Source of the DNA: Kudoa neothunni | Lineage: Eukaryota; Animalia; Cnidaria | Direction: 5' to 3' | DNA length: 64,000 nt | Assembly: GCA_964304625.1 (NCBI GenBank) | Contig: OZ199838.1 | Location: forward strand, 9,751,541-9,815,540 | Shown: positions 12,671-24,214 of the stretch, piece by piece | Layout: every line of letters begins with the position of its first letter | How positions within the stretch are numbered: position 1 is the first letter of the stretch | Notes under the pieces: model-generated | Seen by the model: the letters and a program-made list of their open reading frames with translations, nothing else | What the model was told of the DNA's origin: nothing | Database searches by the model: none | Program-made: the position numbers and the translations under genes

Positions 12671-15600
12671 ATGCCGAAAATTCCATCCAAAAAAAAGTAT
12701 TTTATCAACAAATATCGACCAGGTAGTTAATATATAGGTTGTTAAATTTGAGAACACTGCATAGAACGAGAATCTAGTTCAAATATTAACATAAGACCTG
12801 GTCTGGTGGGCATCTTAGCTACAACTAATGGCAACACAGGATTGGCAGTTAAACAACTTTATCAATGTTTAAATGAAGTAATTAAATTTTTTAACAATTA
12901 AAAATATGAAAGATCTTAGTTTTAGTCTTATTTTTTGACTTTTAGCCATTTTTTGAAATTGATGTATTGTGAAAATCCCTTTGTTTTAAGTCAATTAAAA
13001 CATTTATGATAATAAAAAACTAATTTTTCAGTTTTTTTATAACTTATTCGGATGCTTTAATGAATTTAAATAGCTCAGTGGCAGTGAACCGATGTCTGCT
13101 GTCGAGGAAAATCAGGAATCTACTGATGACGATAATGACATTGAAAAAATGATTGAGAAAGAAAAACAACAAATAAAACAATTCAAATATAAATCGTTGC
13201 CAACAAAACTTAAAAATACCTTATTTATAAGTAGCATTGATGAACGCAATCCATCGCCGAATGAAATCACTAATACAATTTTTAACAACTTACAAAATGA
13301 AAATATCACTGATAAATTTAAACTGAGGTAAATTAAGGTTGAAATTATTTGAATTGACCATTCAAAATTTAGTCACTGTTTGCGTGTGCTTCCAATTTCA
13401 TTTACTACAAATGCAAACAATTCTTCCATTGAGGAAGCAATAAAAAATTTGGTTCTCTCCCATTTTTCTCTCGGAAATAAAACAGTATTTTTAAAAAATA
13501 CAATCGTGCCACCCGACCTTAAATTATTGTAGTATGGCATTCTAGCTAAAGCGTCTTTCAATGATAACTATGGAAGCACCAGTCTGAAACAACTTGTAGG
13601 CGGCATCGTCGACCCAGCCTACAAACTTGACTATAACAACGCTGATATACACATATGGATTCAAGTGATAAAGGTATTTTTATTGTTTTAGTATATTTTT
13701 AAAATTAAATTCCAATTTTTGTATGATATAATATTTTTTATCCTAATTTAAAATAAGGGGGGGGGGGCGATTAAATTAAAGAATAGTGGTAAAAAATGGC
13801 CTAGTTTGCCTATTCTTCGTAGATTTAATAGAAACGGTTTAATTTTGTATTGCAAATAAAATTTAAAACTTCACGTATATTTATATGTTTTTCATGATAT
13901 TATGGAAACGTTTTACAACTCACTGAATAAAAATTCACTAAATGTTTTCAATGATATATCCTGTCATGTTTATTGCTCTTTTTTACATATAACACTTTTA
14001 TTACTAAAGTTAGTGTTTTAAGTGATAAAACTTCTGATTGTTTTGTTTAAATAAATATTTTCGGTGAGTTTAATCCTAAATTACAACTTTGAATTTAATG
14101 GACAATCTTATGCTTTTCCTATTTTTACATTAACTTCAAATAATTTATAGTTGAGTAATGATAGATTAAACACTTTAAAAAATAAAAAATATATTATAAC
14201 ATTCGAATAAGGTGAAACGTCGAGCATAATCTTTTAAATATCAATCTAATTTATGGGTATTTTCTAGTTAACTCGTCACTTTTGCAGTTGAGTCGTCATT
14301 TTTTCGGTTAATCTCGATAGTTTTATGATTAGGCCTTTAATTGAACAATTGCCATCTTATTTTCGATCCATTAATTTCTTCGTCGCGAGATGATTCTAGG
14401 AGCTATGCTAGCGTTTTTCCATGAAGGTTATAACAATACGGAGAGTTGGATTTTTCAAAATATTCAAAAATACTCAACCTTGATGCATAATTTTCATTAT
14501 GGTTTAATTAGCAATTTAAAAAAAAATTTCGCTCTAGTTCAGTGGTTCTTAACCTGGGTTCGATGAAAAAATTCCAAATTTTAGATCAAATCTAGGATTA
14601 ATATTCGTTATAATTTTAATATTTTAAATAAACCTTCTATTGGTTGTATATATAATCCTAATTAGAAGCTCTATTAAAAAGATAATAGTGATCAATTAAA
14701 AAATTATTGATAATTTAATTACAATTATTATTTGAGCATTTGAAATTCTTTTCGATTTATCTGATTAGTACAATCACGTGTAACAGGTTACAGAGTTTAC
14801 TGCGCGGCAGTGTTATTTGCTTGCTGATTTTGTGAGGGTTACTGGAAATAAATATTGGCTCGTTGAATGTTTAACAAAAAAAGAAAGTGGTCAACTGATT
14901 TTGTACAGTTCGGATTTACCTATGTTACGTAATTTAATGGTATTCAACGACCTCTTTGCATGATATGCAACTCGAAGTTGAGTAATTCTAGTTTGGTACC
15001 GGCGAAACTAAAGGATCATTTCACAAATGTCCATGGAGACTCTGCATATAAGAATATGACTCTTTCCGAATTTGAAGCAAAGAGAGCAGGATATGATGAA
15101 AGAATTACGTTGCATAATTTTGGATTTGTTAATATTGATAAGCCCATCTTAACAGCAACATATGATGTTTCATATCTCATTAGCAAACAAGGTAAACCTC
15201 ACAATAATGGTGAAACGCTCGTTAAACCTGCCGCGCTGAAGATGGCAAATATTTTATTGGGAAGTATTGCAGAAAAAAAATTTGCGCAAATTCCTTTGTC
15301 AAATGATACCGTCAAGAAAAGAATTGACGATATGAATAAAGACATTCTGGATCAATTAATTTCTGATCTAATTTCAAGTAAGGCAAAGTTTAGTATACAA
15401 TTCGACGAAACTACTGGTATCTCAAACCTAAGTCAACTGGTTTCGTTTGTTAGATATTTGAAAAATGATGTGATAGTTGAATATTTTCTTTTTTGCAAAC
15501 CTTTAACAACTACCAAGGCAATGAATGTTAAGAAAGTTGTCAATGAGTTTTTCAAAGACAATGGACTTTCATGGAATATGGTTTCTTCTATTTTCATTGA

Positions 15601-17923
15601 TGGTGCCCCAGCTATGCTGGGGCGTAACTTTAATTTTTGTGCTCCTGTGAAAGCAGATGCACTTCATATTATTGTTTCGCGTTGCATTTTACATAGATAT
15701 GCGTTAGCAACAAAGAACATGCCTCCAAGGCTGGCAGAAATGTTGAAAATCGTTATCGATTGTGTAAATTTTGTGAGACGTAGTGCTTTGAATCTTCGAA
15801 TCTTCAAATATTTGTGCAACGAAATGAATTCTGAATTTGAAATACTTTTATTTTATTCAAATGTGAGGTGGCCGTTCCGAGGAAAAGTATTAAACTGCGT
15901 TTTTACCCTACGAAAGGAAATAGGTATATTTTTGCTGGAGTGTAACCATTGCCATGCTCAATGTTTCAATCAATTTGGGATTTACTCTTCTTTTGACATA
16001 CATTGCTGATATTTTTGATTCCATAAATTGTTTGAATCGGCAAATGCAAGGAAATGGAGTCAATATCATTGAAGCAGAGGAGTATCTTAGTGCATTCCAA
16101 ATTAAATTATCATTATACAAATGAAGAATAATTGTCGATAATTATGCAAACTTTCCACTTTTGAAGATACTTGTAATATTAATGGCGGCGATAATAACGA
16201 ATTGATCATTTCACCTTTTGAAATAAAGGAAATAATTTCTGCACATTTAGAAGAACTTTCTAACTCACTCGATGGCTATTTCCCTTCTAAAAATTCATTC
16301 CCCCACTGGGTGAAGCAGCCATTTCGCTTCGATAATTCAGCTGAGGATGCCAATAATAAATACCTTGATGAGCTAATCGAACTTCATCACAACAAAATTC
16401 AAAAACAACTATTCGAAAAAGTTTCACTATCAATCTTTTGGATAAATCAAATTGAGAAATATCCTACAATTTCGATGAAAGCTTTGAAGTTTTTATTCCT
16501 TTCGTAACAACCTACCTTTGTGAACAATAGTTTTCAAGATTTGTCACCATAAAAAGTAAGTTAAAAAATAAGCTTTTCTGTGAAAGCGATATGCGAATTG
16601 CTCTCTCCAACATTTTGCTTAGTATTACGGAATTGATTGCAAAAAAAACAAGAGCAAAAATCGCACTAATTAGCTTTATATTAATTTGATTTTTACATTT
16701 TGCAATTTTTATGATGTGCCAAGTATTGATTAGATTATAATTCATTTCATCTAAAATATTTTATGTTTGGAGGATCGACGAGGCGTGCTATGCGGTAGTT
16801 GTGGTTCGGCGACTCCCAAAAGGTTAAGAACCATTGTTGTTGGAGATCAAAATGTGTTAAAATAATATGTAAAATTACAGACTTGAACTATTAGTAATTT
16901 TGGAGAAATTCATTGTCGAGTCAATAGACAGTCCCGGCAAGGGATTATACGCCAGCGTGTCAACAGCCACTGTCATATACGAATCTACAAATAAAATTAA
17001 AAATTATCTAACTTCGATTCTCAAGTAGATAATGTTAGATTAAAATAATGTGAGAAATATTAACATTATATAAATAACACATGGTGATGTAAATGCATCA
17101 CAATTTTGTTGGAGGTCTTATTGACTTATTTACTGTGAAAAATCAAATACAAAAATATGTAACAAGCATGGCTGATCATTATTATATAGTGGATGACGTG
17201 TGGTTCGTAACTTTTCAGATGCGTTGAGATTTTTGTTTTCGATTGATGGTCAATTGTGGAACAGAAGTAATAATTGAGTTAGAAATTCAAAAGAGAATTA
17301 TAAAATAATATAGTTTTTTCCAAAACTATATTATGGCCTGGAGCGGGAAAAATATTGAAAATGACGCCAACATTAGTGATTTTATAGGTGATGGTAAATG
17401 TAGCAAAGATGAAAAGTTTCACAAACTTGACGACAGAGAACAAAAAGTTATTCAATTCAAAACTGCCTCTCTCCTATGTCTGATATAAGACATTACTTGA
17501 AATATCATGGTTTAAATAGTTATAAACATCAAACAGATATTGAACGAGATGTGCACGATCTAATCGTTAAAAGAATTAAAAAAATATTACTATAACCGAG
17601 TAATTTCCCACAAATAATTTATCATTATAGCTGACTTAGAGCATTTGTTCTCCCAATTATCACGCATGCGCAATGTTAGAAATTACGAACCGCCCCTCAC
17701 CCACTGTATTAAACACTTTTCTATGAATAATGTAACCAACTACTCTACTCTCATTTATCCTCATCAAATCTAAGACTAACGAATATTTCACATTAATTAA
17801 ATCTACCCATATATAATAACTGATTGAATTATTTTTTAGAATATGTGCTTCATTGGTGTGTTGGACAATTACAACGGATACAAGAAATACAATGTTAGTC
17901 AACTTAATGAACACAAAAGGTGA
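12671..17923 (+). CDS. THUMPD1: THUMP domain protein 1 (Tan1-like tRNA acetylation adaptor), 6 exons, 4.17-kb last intron
   Basis: Spliced: MPKIPSKKKYF...IRPGLVGILATTN...LYQCLNE|...DDIEKMIEKE...LFI...|HCLRVLPIS...|YGILAK...YKLDYNNADIHIWIQVIK| then last exon 17840-17923 NMCFIGVLDNYNGYKKYNVSQLNEHKR*. Last intron is 13674-17839. Confidence 0.8.
14540..16836 (+). mobile_element. hAT Buster/Charlie-type transposon (ZBED8/FAM200-like transposase), decayed, intronic
   Basis: TIR cagtggttcttaacct / aggttaagaaccattg. ORF pieces 14960-16009 and 16202-16507 with BED-like C..C..H..H, KPHNNGETLVKP, PLSNDTVKKRI, QFDETT, DGAPAM, CILHR. Contains stops and frameshifts; the TSD is not preserved. Confidence 0.9.
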
Positions 17924-17997
17924 CTTTTCGTCACGATGGATAGATATATTAAATAGTTTTGGTTTTTCTTTTTGTATAAATTAATAATAATAAATTT

Positions 17998-20079
17998 TTA
18001 TTTCTGTTGTTTCACATCATTGTCATTACATTGTTCGGTGGCATCATTATGGTCATCATTTTTAACAGCAGATTCGGACTTGGTCAATGCTTGTTTGACA
18101 AGGTTTTTAAAATTAAGATTATCTTGTTCGTTTGACGGTCGATTCTCTAGATATTCAAAATTATAGTGGGTTCCAAATATTCAACGTTTATTAGATTGGG
18201 TTATTACTACCCTTGTTTTCAGCGGTTGACGTTGCGCTAGAGGAAAACTTTCTGTTCGAACTGCTGTAAACGTTATTGTAGAAAGATTGGCGAGGTTCAT
18301 TGCTGAGTTGCATTCGTTCTAATTGTCTTAAATCGATTATTTCCTCGTTGTTTGGAGGGTAGCATTGTCCTGGATATGGCTGTGCGTATCGTTGTAGATG
18401 ACATGTGCATACATCGCACAAATTAGCTTGTGCGAGAGGTGGTGGGTTGTTAGTTTTCGAGCATAAAATTTGATCTAACGTACCTTTTGGAACAACAATT
18501 TTTCCCTGACTTTGCTCGGAAGCCTGGGACGATTTACGGCTACCCATTGCCTTAGTGGAGGTAGCAGCGGGAGTCACGCAACCCTCTTGAACGATTGGGT
18601 TTGTTGTTGAAGTTCCACTCGGTATCGCATCACTGGAGGTTGAAGTAACATCCGACATTGCCATCATTTTTCGGCGTAAAACAGACGGAAGCATACTTAG
18701 CGCATTGTGAAAATTGTCAGTCTAAAAAATTCATATAAATAATCAACAAACAAACTCATCTAACTAATCAGAAAACAATAACTGACTAGCTTAATTTAAT
18801 TTAACTTAGCATAGCTTATTAGGTGGAATAGAGCCGGTTGAATTTTAATAAAGTTATGATTAATCAGACGAGATAAAACCATACCAGCGCTGATTGGTTT
18901 GGAGGCAGAATATTGTTACTATCCGAGGAACATTTGTGATGATGAATTGGGCAACCATCTAATTGATAAGTGCTTACCAAAAACTCCGCAGAAATCTGTG
19001 TACCTATGAGGTCGGGTTGAGGTTGCAATACAGGTTTTGGAACAAGACCTTTTTCTTTGATTTTTCTTACGATTCTCGAAAATGGTGTATCATCCGAGCT
19101 AGTTGGAACAATCTGAGACAAAACGACAATAACAACTTCCTAACTACTAACCAATTTTTTACCAACTCATGATGGCCTGGTGTTACTGTTTCACGGGATA
19201 AATTTTTAGGTTTGTTTTGTTGCATAGTCATTGGTTCCGATGATTTCGACGATATTATGGCTATAATTATTTGAATTACTTTCCTCGAGTGAATACATCA
19301 AAGTATCAACTTTCTAAATGCTCTCGATTGACTATGCGTTTAGGATTCACCACAGCATTCTATTCATAATTGAGAATATACCAATTAGGCACACGCGTTA
19401 AACAAATTTCATAGTTACTTCATGCGCCAAATAGGGAGGTTGAGTTTTGCGAGTTTTATAGCGTACCAAATCATCCAAGGAGATTTTCACATTGTTTTTG
19501 TGTATGCAGCAATGCTGAGAATGCTCTGGACTTCGTTCGGATTCACTCACATCAGACAGTTCGGCGATAATAATTTCGTCGGGTCTAAATATGTTGATGG
19601 ATTAATTAATTAATAGACTTGGTGAAGAATGTCAATCACAACGATTGCTGCTCTCGTTGAGATAATTGCTGATTATCTATGTCTGTTTTTTTTCTGCGAT
19701 CACTCACATTCCTTTTCTCACCAGCAGTAGCGGTACCGCCATTCTCAATCGAATGTTTTGATTGAGCGGTAAACAGTTTATGATAATTACACTGACCAAC
19801 ACCACAACATGTTATTATTTTCTTTGGTCTAAAAATCAATACACTCCCTACAGCGCATAATCACTTGGTATTACATTTTCTTGATTAAATCATATGTGGC
19901 CATACATTGTTTAGGTTTCAACAATAATAATTCCTCCTACTCATATACATACCAATACAATACAATTTTTGGAAGGTAAACAGTGATAATCTTTGTAAAT
20001 ATTATCGAATTACTGGGGTGTAGTGACACATTTGAGATCCTTCTATAAATGAACATTCATATGTAATTTGATTGTCCAT
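17998..20079 (-). CDS. Uncharacterised multi-exon protein (Cys-rich N-terminus, Ser/Thr/Pro/Gln-rich remainder); 5' start uncertain
   Basis: About 9 exons join in frame through ~45-150 bp GT-AG introns. They link ORFs 19636-19839, 18864-19121 and 18191-18694 and end ...DVKQQK* at 17998. No recognised family. Confidence 0.6.
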
Positions 20080-20690
20080 TTGTCGCGACAACCTAAATCC
20101 GCGTCTGTAAAATTAAACACCGTATGTTATTAGCCAATTTATTGCGCATGCACCATCTTGTCTCGTTGTTATAGTTAACTGTTCATGCAATTATTACTCT
20201 CTGCCAGCGGATTTGCTCCTACGTTAGTTTGTGACGCTAATGGCTTATTTCTATGGAAACTATTATGTCTTCTCATTGAAGCAGTGAACATACAATTAAC
20301 TTAATTATCATCCTTGTGAAAATCTTGGCGCGATAATATCATAATTCAATTGTGCGGATTAACTAATTTAATAGTAGTTTGTTATGTGATCATTATGCCT
20401 TTAAAAAGGTGGTTGGATTTTTCAATTGGTCACATTATGACTAATAACAACATTACCGAGACCCAAATTAAAGTCTTAATATTTCTATTCAACATGTAAT
20501 TCCATACCTTAGTTATGGGCAATAGGCAAAATGCTAATATTAAATGAACAATTAATCTAAATTACAATACTGGTTGTATAAAAGCAGACAGATGATAGAC
20601 AATGAGTTCAATTTCTCAATTCTTCGATTGGTCAATTAATTGAGAACTGTGACAGCCAATATTGATTCGGTTCACACTGAATAATATAGG

Positions 20691-21562
20691 CTACAGTTTG
20701 AATGGCTTATCATGACCAGGAATAATGATAGAAGCTTCTTTTGCTATCCAACTCCTACTCTTATGCTGCACAACTATATCATAACTTGATTTCGGCCATA
20801 ACTCTTCATCATCAGCACACTCAAATAGATCACCTACGACCGCTATTCGACCTTTCCATCCCTCGTCTACCATAGTACCATTAAGTACCATAACTGTAAT
20901 GTCCAACAATGAATGGCCCGGAGTTGACCAAATCTAAAAGAAATATTTAATGTAGAATATGTTGAATTTAGAAGGCATAATTAAATGATGCCACCAATTT
21001 TATATTTTTTTGACTTTTTAAACAATTGGGAATTCCATTAATAAACGGGGAAAACGGGATAAATTTGCGGTAAAATATTTTTAAAAATTTCAGCTATCAG
21101 TTTAGAGACGCGAAAAAAACTAATAGTTGTGTTAATGTTAATTAAGTAAGTTAATAAAAATAGGGATTGGTGAACTTTGTGTCAATATGAAATTACCTCA
21201 ATTTCTCCAGGGATAAGTTCATACTTATCCGAAGAGGATAAAATCGATCCCGAGTACAAATCACCATTGTTTATTTCCCGCTCGACTATTTGCGTAGCTC
21301 TTGGAAACAGATTTAAATTTCCAATATGGTCAGAATGAGCATGGGTGCATATTACGTGGGAAATAGAACTTGGAGGTATTTTGTTCTGAGCCAATGCTTC
21401 CTCTAATTTGTTTTTGTCAAAACATCCCCCTGTATCTACTAATAAATTTTGTCCTTTTGTGGTTTTGATTAGCGATACTGTTCCTGAAGCATGATAGTTC
21501 CCTTCATTGTCATTGTAACTGTAGCCGTTCAACAATACAATCACCTCTGCCACAGTGCCCAT
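20691..21562 (-). CDS. MBLAC1: Metallo-beta-lactamase domain-containing protein 1-like, 2 exons
   Basis: Exons 21562-21197 and 20933-20691. Motifs LVDTGG, THAHSDHIGNLNLF, TPGHS, VVGDLFE and IIPGHD. Confidence 0.9.
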
Positions 21563-21664
21563 TTTTCTTGCGCATGGCATACTTTTGTAGATGATATTTG
21601 ATTGTTTGTCTCTTGGGTGGTTGATAGTTGATGGAATTTTTAATCCTTGACAATATGACATAAA

Positions 21665-22160
21665 GACATAGTGGTGTTAGTTCGAGATCGTATACCTTGA
21701 GGTTGCATGTTCGAGGCCTAGTCCGAGCGTTCTTGTACTCCTTATCCGAAATTAAGTAGGAAGTCTGCAGTAATCCCAAGGATCTACGATTGATTCATCG
21801 TGGTTTTGCTTTTAGCTGGGAGGGGAGCCTGTCGGAAGAGTAGAACTCGGGTGCTCATAAACGCCTGGGTACAGGATAGGAATGAAATAAACCCAGTAGG
21901 GGTAGGGAATTTCCGTAGAGCCGACACCCACATTCAGACGACTTTCTCAGACTAATTCTGAGTTAGTCCAGGATATGGTTAGGTGGTGGTTGCTCCGAAA
22001 CGAGGATGTTTAGTGGATTAAAATCCCACACTACCACATAAACGTAAGTCGCCTTATTATGACACTGCGGTGCCTACAGCGTAAATGGAGAAGGCCTTAC
22101 CACCCCGAACTTTACAACCTAACAAGTTGCGTCGGGGGTTTGACCTTGTAAACAAAAAAA
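21665..22160 (+). mobile_element. GC-rich structured segment, probably a tRNA-headed SINE (alternative: structured ncRNA)
   Basis: A-box-like tagtggtgttag and B-box gttcgaggcc (21709-21718). tttagtggattaaaatcccac (22009-22029), terminal hairpin 22102-22139, then an oligo-A end. Confidence 0.45.
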
Positions 22161-22670
22161 GGGATGGAATATTCAGCAACATAAGCATATGGGGGAAGTA
22201 AATTAATCAAAATGTTATACGTCTAATGTTAGATATTAATTCATTGATGTTATATTTTAATTAGTTATGGTAGGGACTTTGCCACAAAATAAATTAGGTG
22301 CCATCTTTCATGGCATTGTCGGGGGAATTTTTCTCTATAAGTTAATCTTATTCTTGGGAATAAAGAGAGTTAAAATGTTGCACTGGTAAAAAGTGCATAC
22401 ATGCTATTACAACAGAGAATAGAGAATTTTTGTAGTAAGATTGATTAAATACTAAGGTAATTTAACTTTTAGAAATTTAATCTCTAATATCATTTACGCG
22501 TGCGCGGCAATCAATTTTTAATCTATGTATATCGAAGTTTATGATAGAACGTAACTATTTACACGTTAAATAGATACTTAGGTGACATTTATTCAAACTA
22601 TTTTTTATTATTTCTGACTCATCGCTTACCTCTTATGGGCTCGGAGTAATTATTATAACAGATTCTAAAT

Positions 22671-22930
22671 CTGTGGTATTCAACCGATGTTCCGCGAAGT
22701 TCGCCTGTGGGACCCCCATCTCTTTACAAATATAGAAACTACTAACAGGTGTCTATTCACAAATGCATGTTGTCTAATTCCTTGGCAAAGTAGAAGAAAT
22801 TTTTAGAATAATATATTTTATTTTTTAATAAATATGTGCATGTAAATTTTGTGTAAATCTTTATTTTATTTGTTTGCAATTTCCTTAGTATATATGGGAT
22901 CCACAATTCCAAAAATATTAAAAGTCATTG
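22671..22930. mobile_element. Decayed hAT MITE
   Basis: Ends ctgtggtattcaaccgatgttccgcg... and ...gggatccacaattccaaaaatattaaaagtcattg resemble Charlie/Buster termini. Confidence 0.4.
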
Positions 22931-23191
22931 TTTTAAATAATTCAGTCTTAAAATAGCTTGTAAGTAAGAGATGCTAGGATTAAAAACTTCATGCGCCCGT
23001 TCGTGTCTGCTGCCAGAGTTAAATTTGACTATGCAAATAGTCAAATTTAAAATAACGGATACATTTAATTCTTGTAATTTATAGTCGAAACTTCACGCCA
23101 ATAATTAAATTTATAAATGGGCCAAGTTCTTTTATCAGTCAGAAACGATTATTCTTATTACCCCTCATAACCTAATGTCACTATATAAGTA

Positions 23192-23766
23192 CCGTATATA
23201 CTCAAGTATGAGTTGCAGAGGGGTTTGGAATAATTACTCATGATTTTGGTGGGTTTCTGTATTAGTCGCGTATTCAAAAGAAAAGTTTTCAACTTATAAA
23301 TTTTTAACGGATTAGATGTTTTAGCTTAAACTAATGCAAAAACTAAAATTTGTGGAATGAATCGGGGACATTTTTATTTCAAGTTCTTATGGTGCTAGTA
23401 TTTCTCGAAAAACAAGTTTCAAATGTTTATGGTTTTTGTCGATTAAATCGGAAGAAGAGTCGCTCTCCCCAAGTAGACGTATTCTTTGCTCAGCAGTTAT
23501 GCGCCATCGTAGGTCTTATCAACCTCTTCATCGTTATTTTCTATTTTTTCATCCCCACAAAGTATATCATCTTCGCTCCCATCCATTGAATCAATTTCTC
23601 GCAAACTTTATATTTAAATTAGAAAATTAACTTATTACGAAGAAATAATTTACTTTACTACCAGATATCCTTATTTTTAGACTCGTGTCACTTGCATAAG
23701 TCGCATGCGGATTTTTAACCTTTTTTTTGAAACATAATGCGGCTTATACTCGAGTATAATATACGG
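23192..23766. mobile_element. Tc1/mariner (Tc2/pogo-type) MITE
   Basis: TA-flanked TIRs ccgtatatactcaagtatgagttgca / tgcggcttatactcgagtataatatacgg. Confidence 0.8.
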
Positions 23767-24214
23767 TAATTTCTAATTTCCAGGCAAAAGCTTTGTCATC
23801 GTTTGAAATAGAAAAGTTATAGTCTTTTTTGAGTTAATTTGATATTATAAAAATATTAAATTTGGTATAAGAAAGTGATTATTCTTATGAGCTATTTTAT
23901 TCAGATAGGTTTAATTTCAATTATGTACAATTTTTTTATTCATGGAACAAAACGATGGGTCGGAAAAAATTAAATATAAAAATTTAAGAGAATAGGTTAC
24001 GTATCTCACTTTAAATAGGAATGTGGATATTAGTTATGGTGGTCACATAGACTTTCAAATTATTTTGATTTAAATTATCTTTTGAGACCGGCCGTAATTT
24101 GAATATCGGTAGAGTATGGATGTAAATTGCTGTCTATGTGTAGTTTCTTCACTCTCGTCGTTAAGATTGTTTATAAATTATGAGAGAATTAATCCAAGCT
24201 AATTTTCATCATCC

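Noticed and set aside
17040-17740. Coding-looking fragments inside the THUMPD1 last intron
   Set aside because: Short frames with stops; could not be assembled into a gene or assigned to a family.
21563-21661. Upstream in-frame ATG extending MBLAC1 by 33 aa
   Set aside because: Family similarity begins near MGTVAEV; the extension abuts the SINE-like block and has no support.
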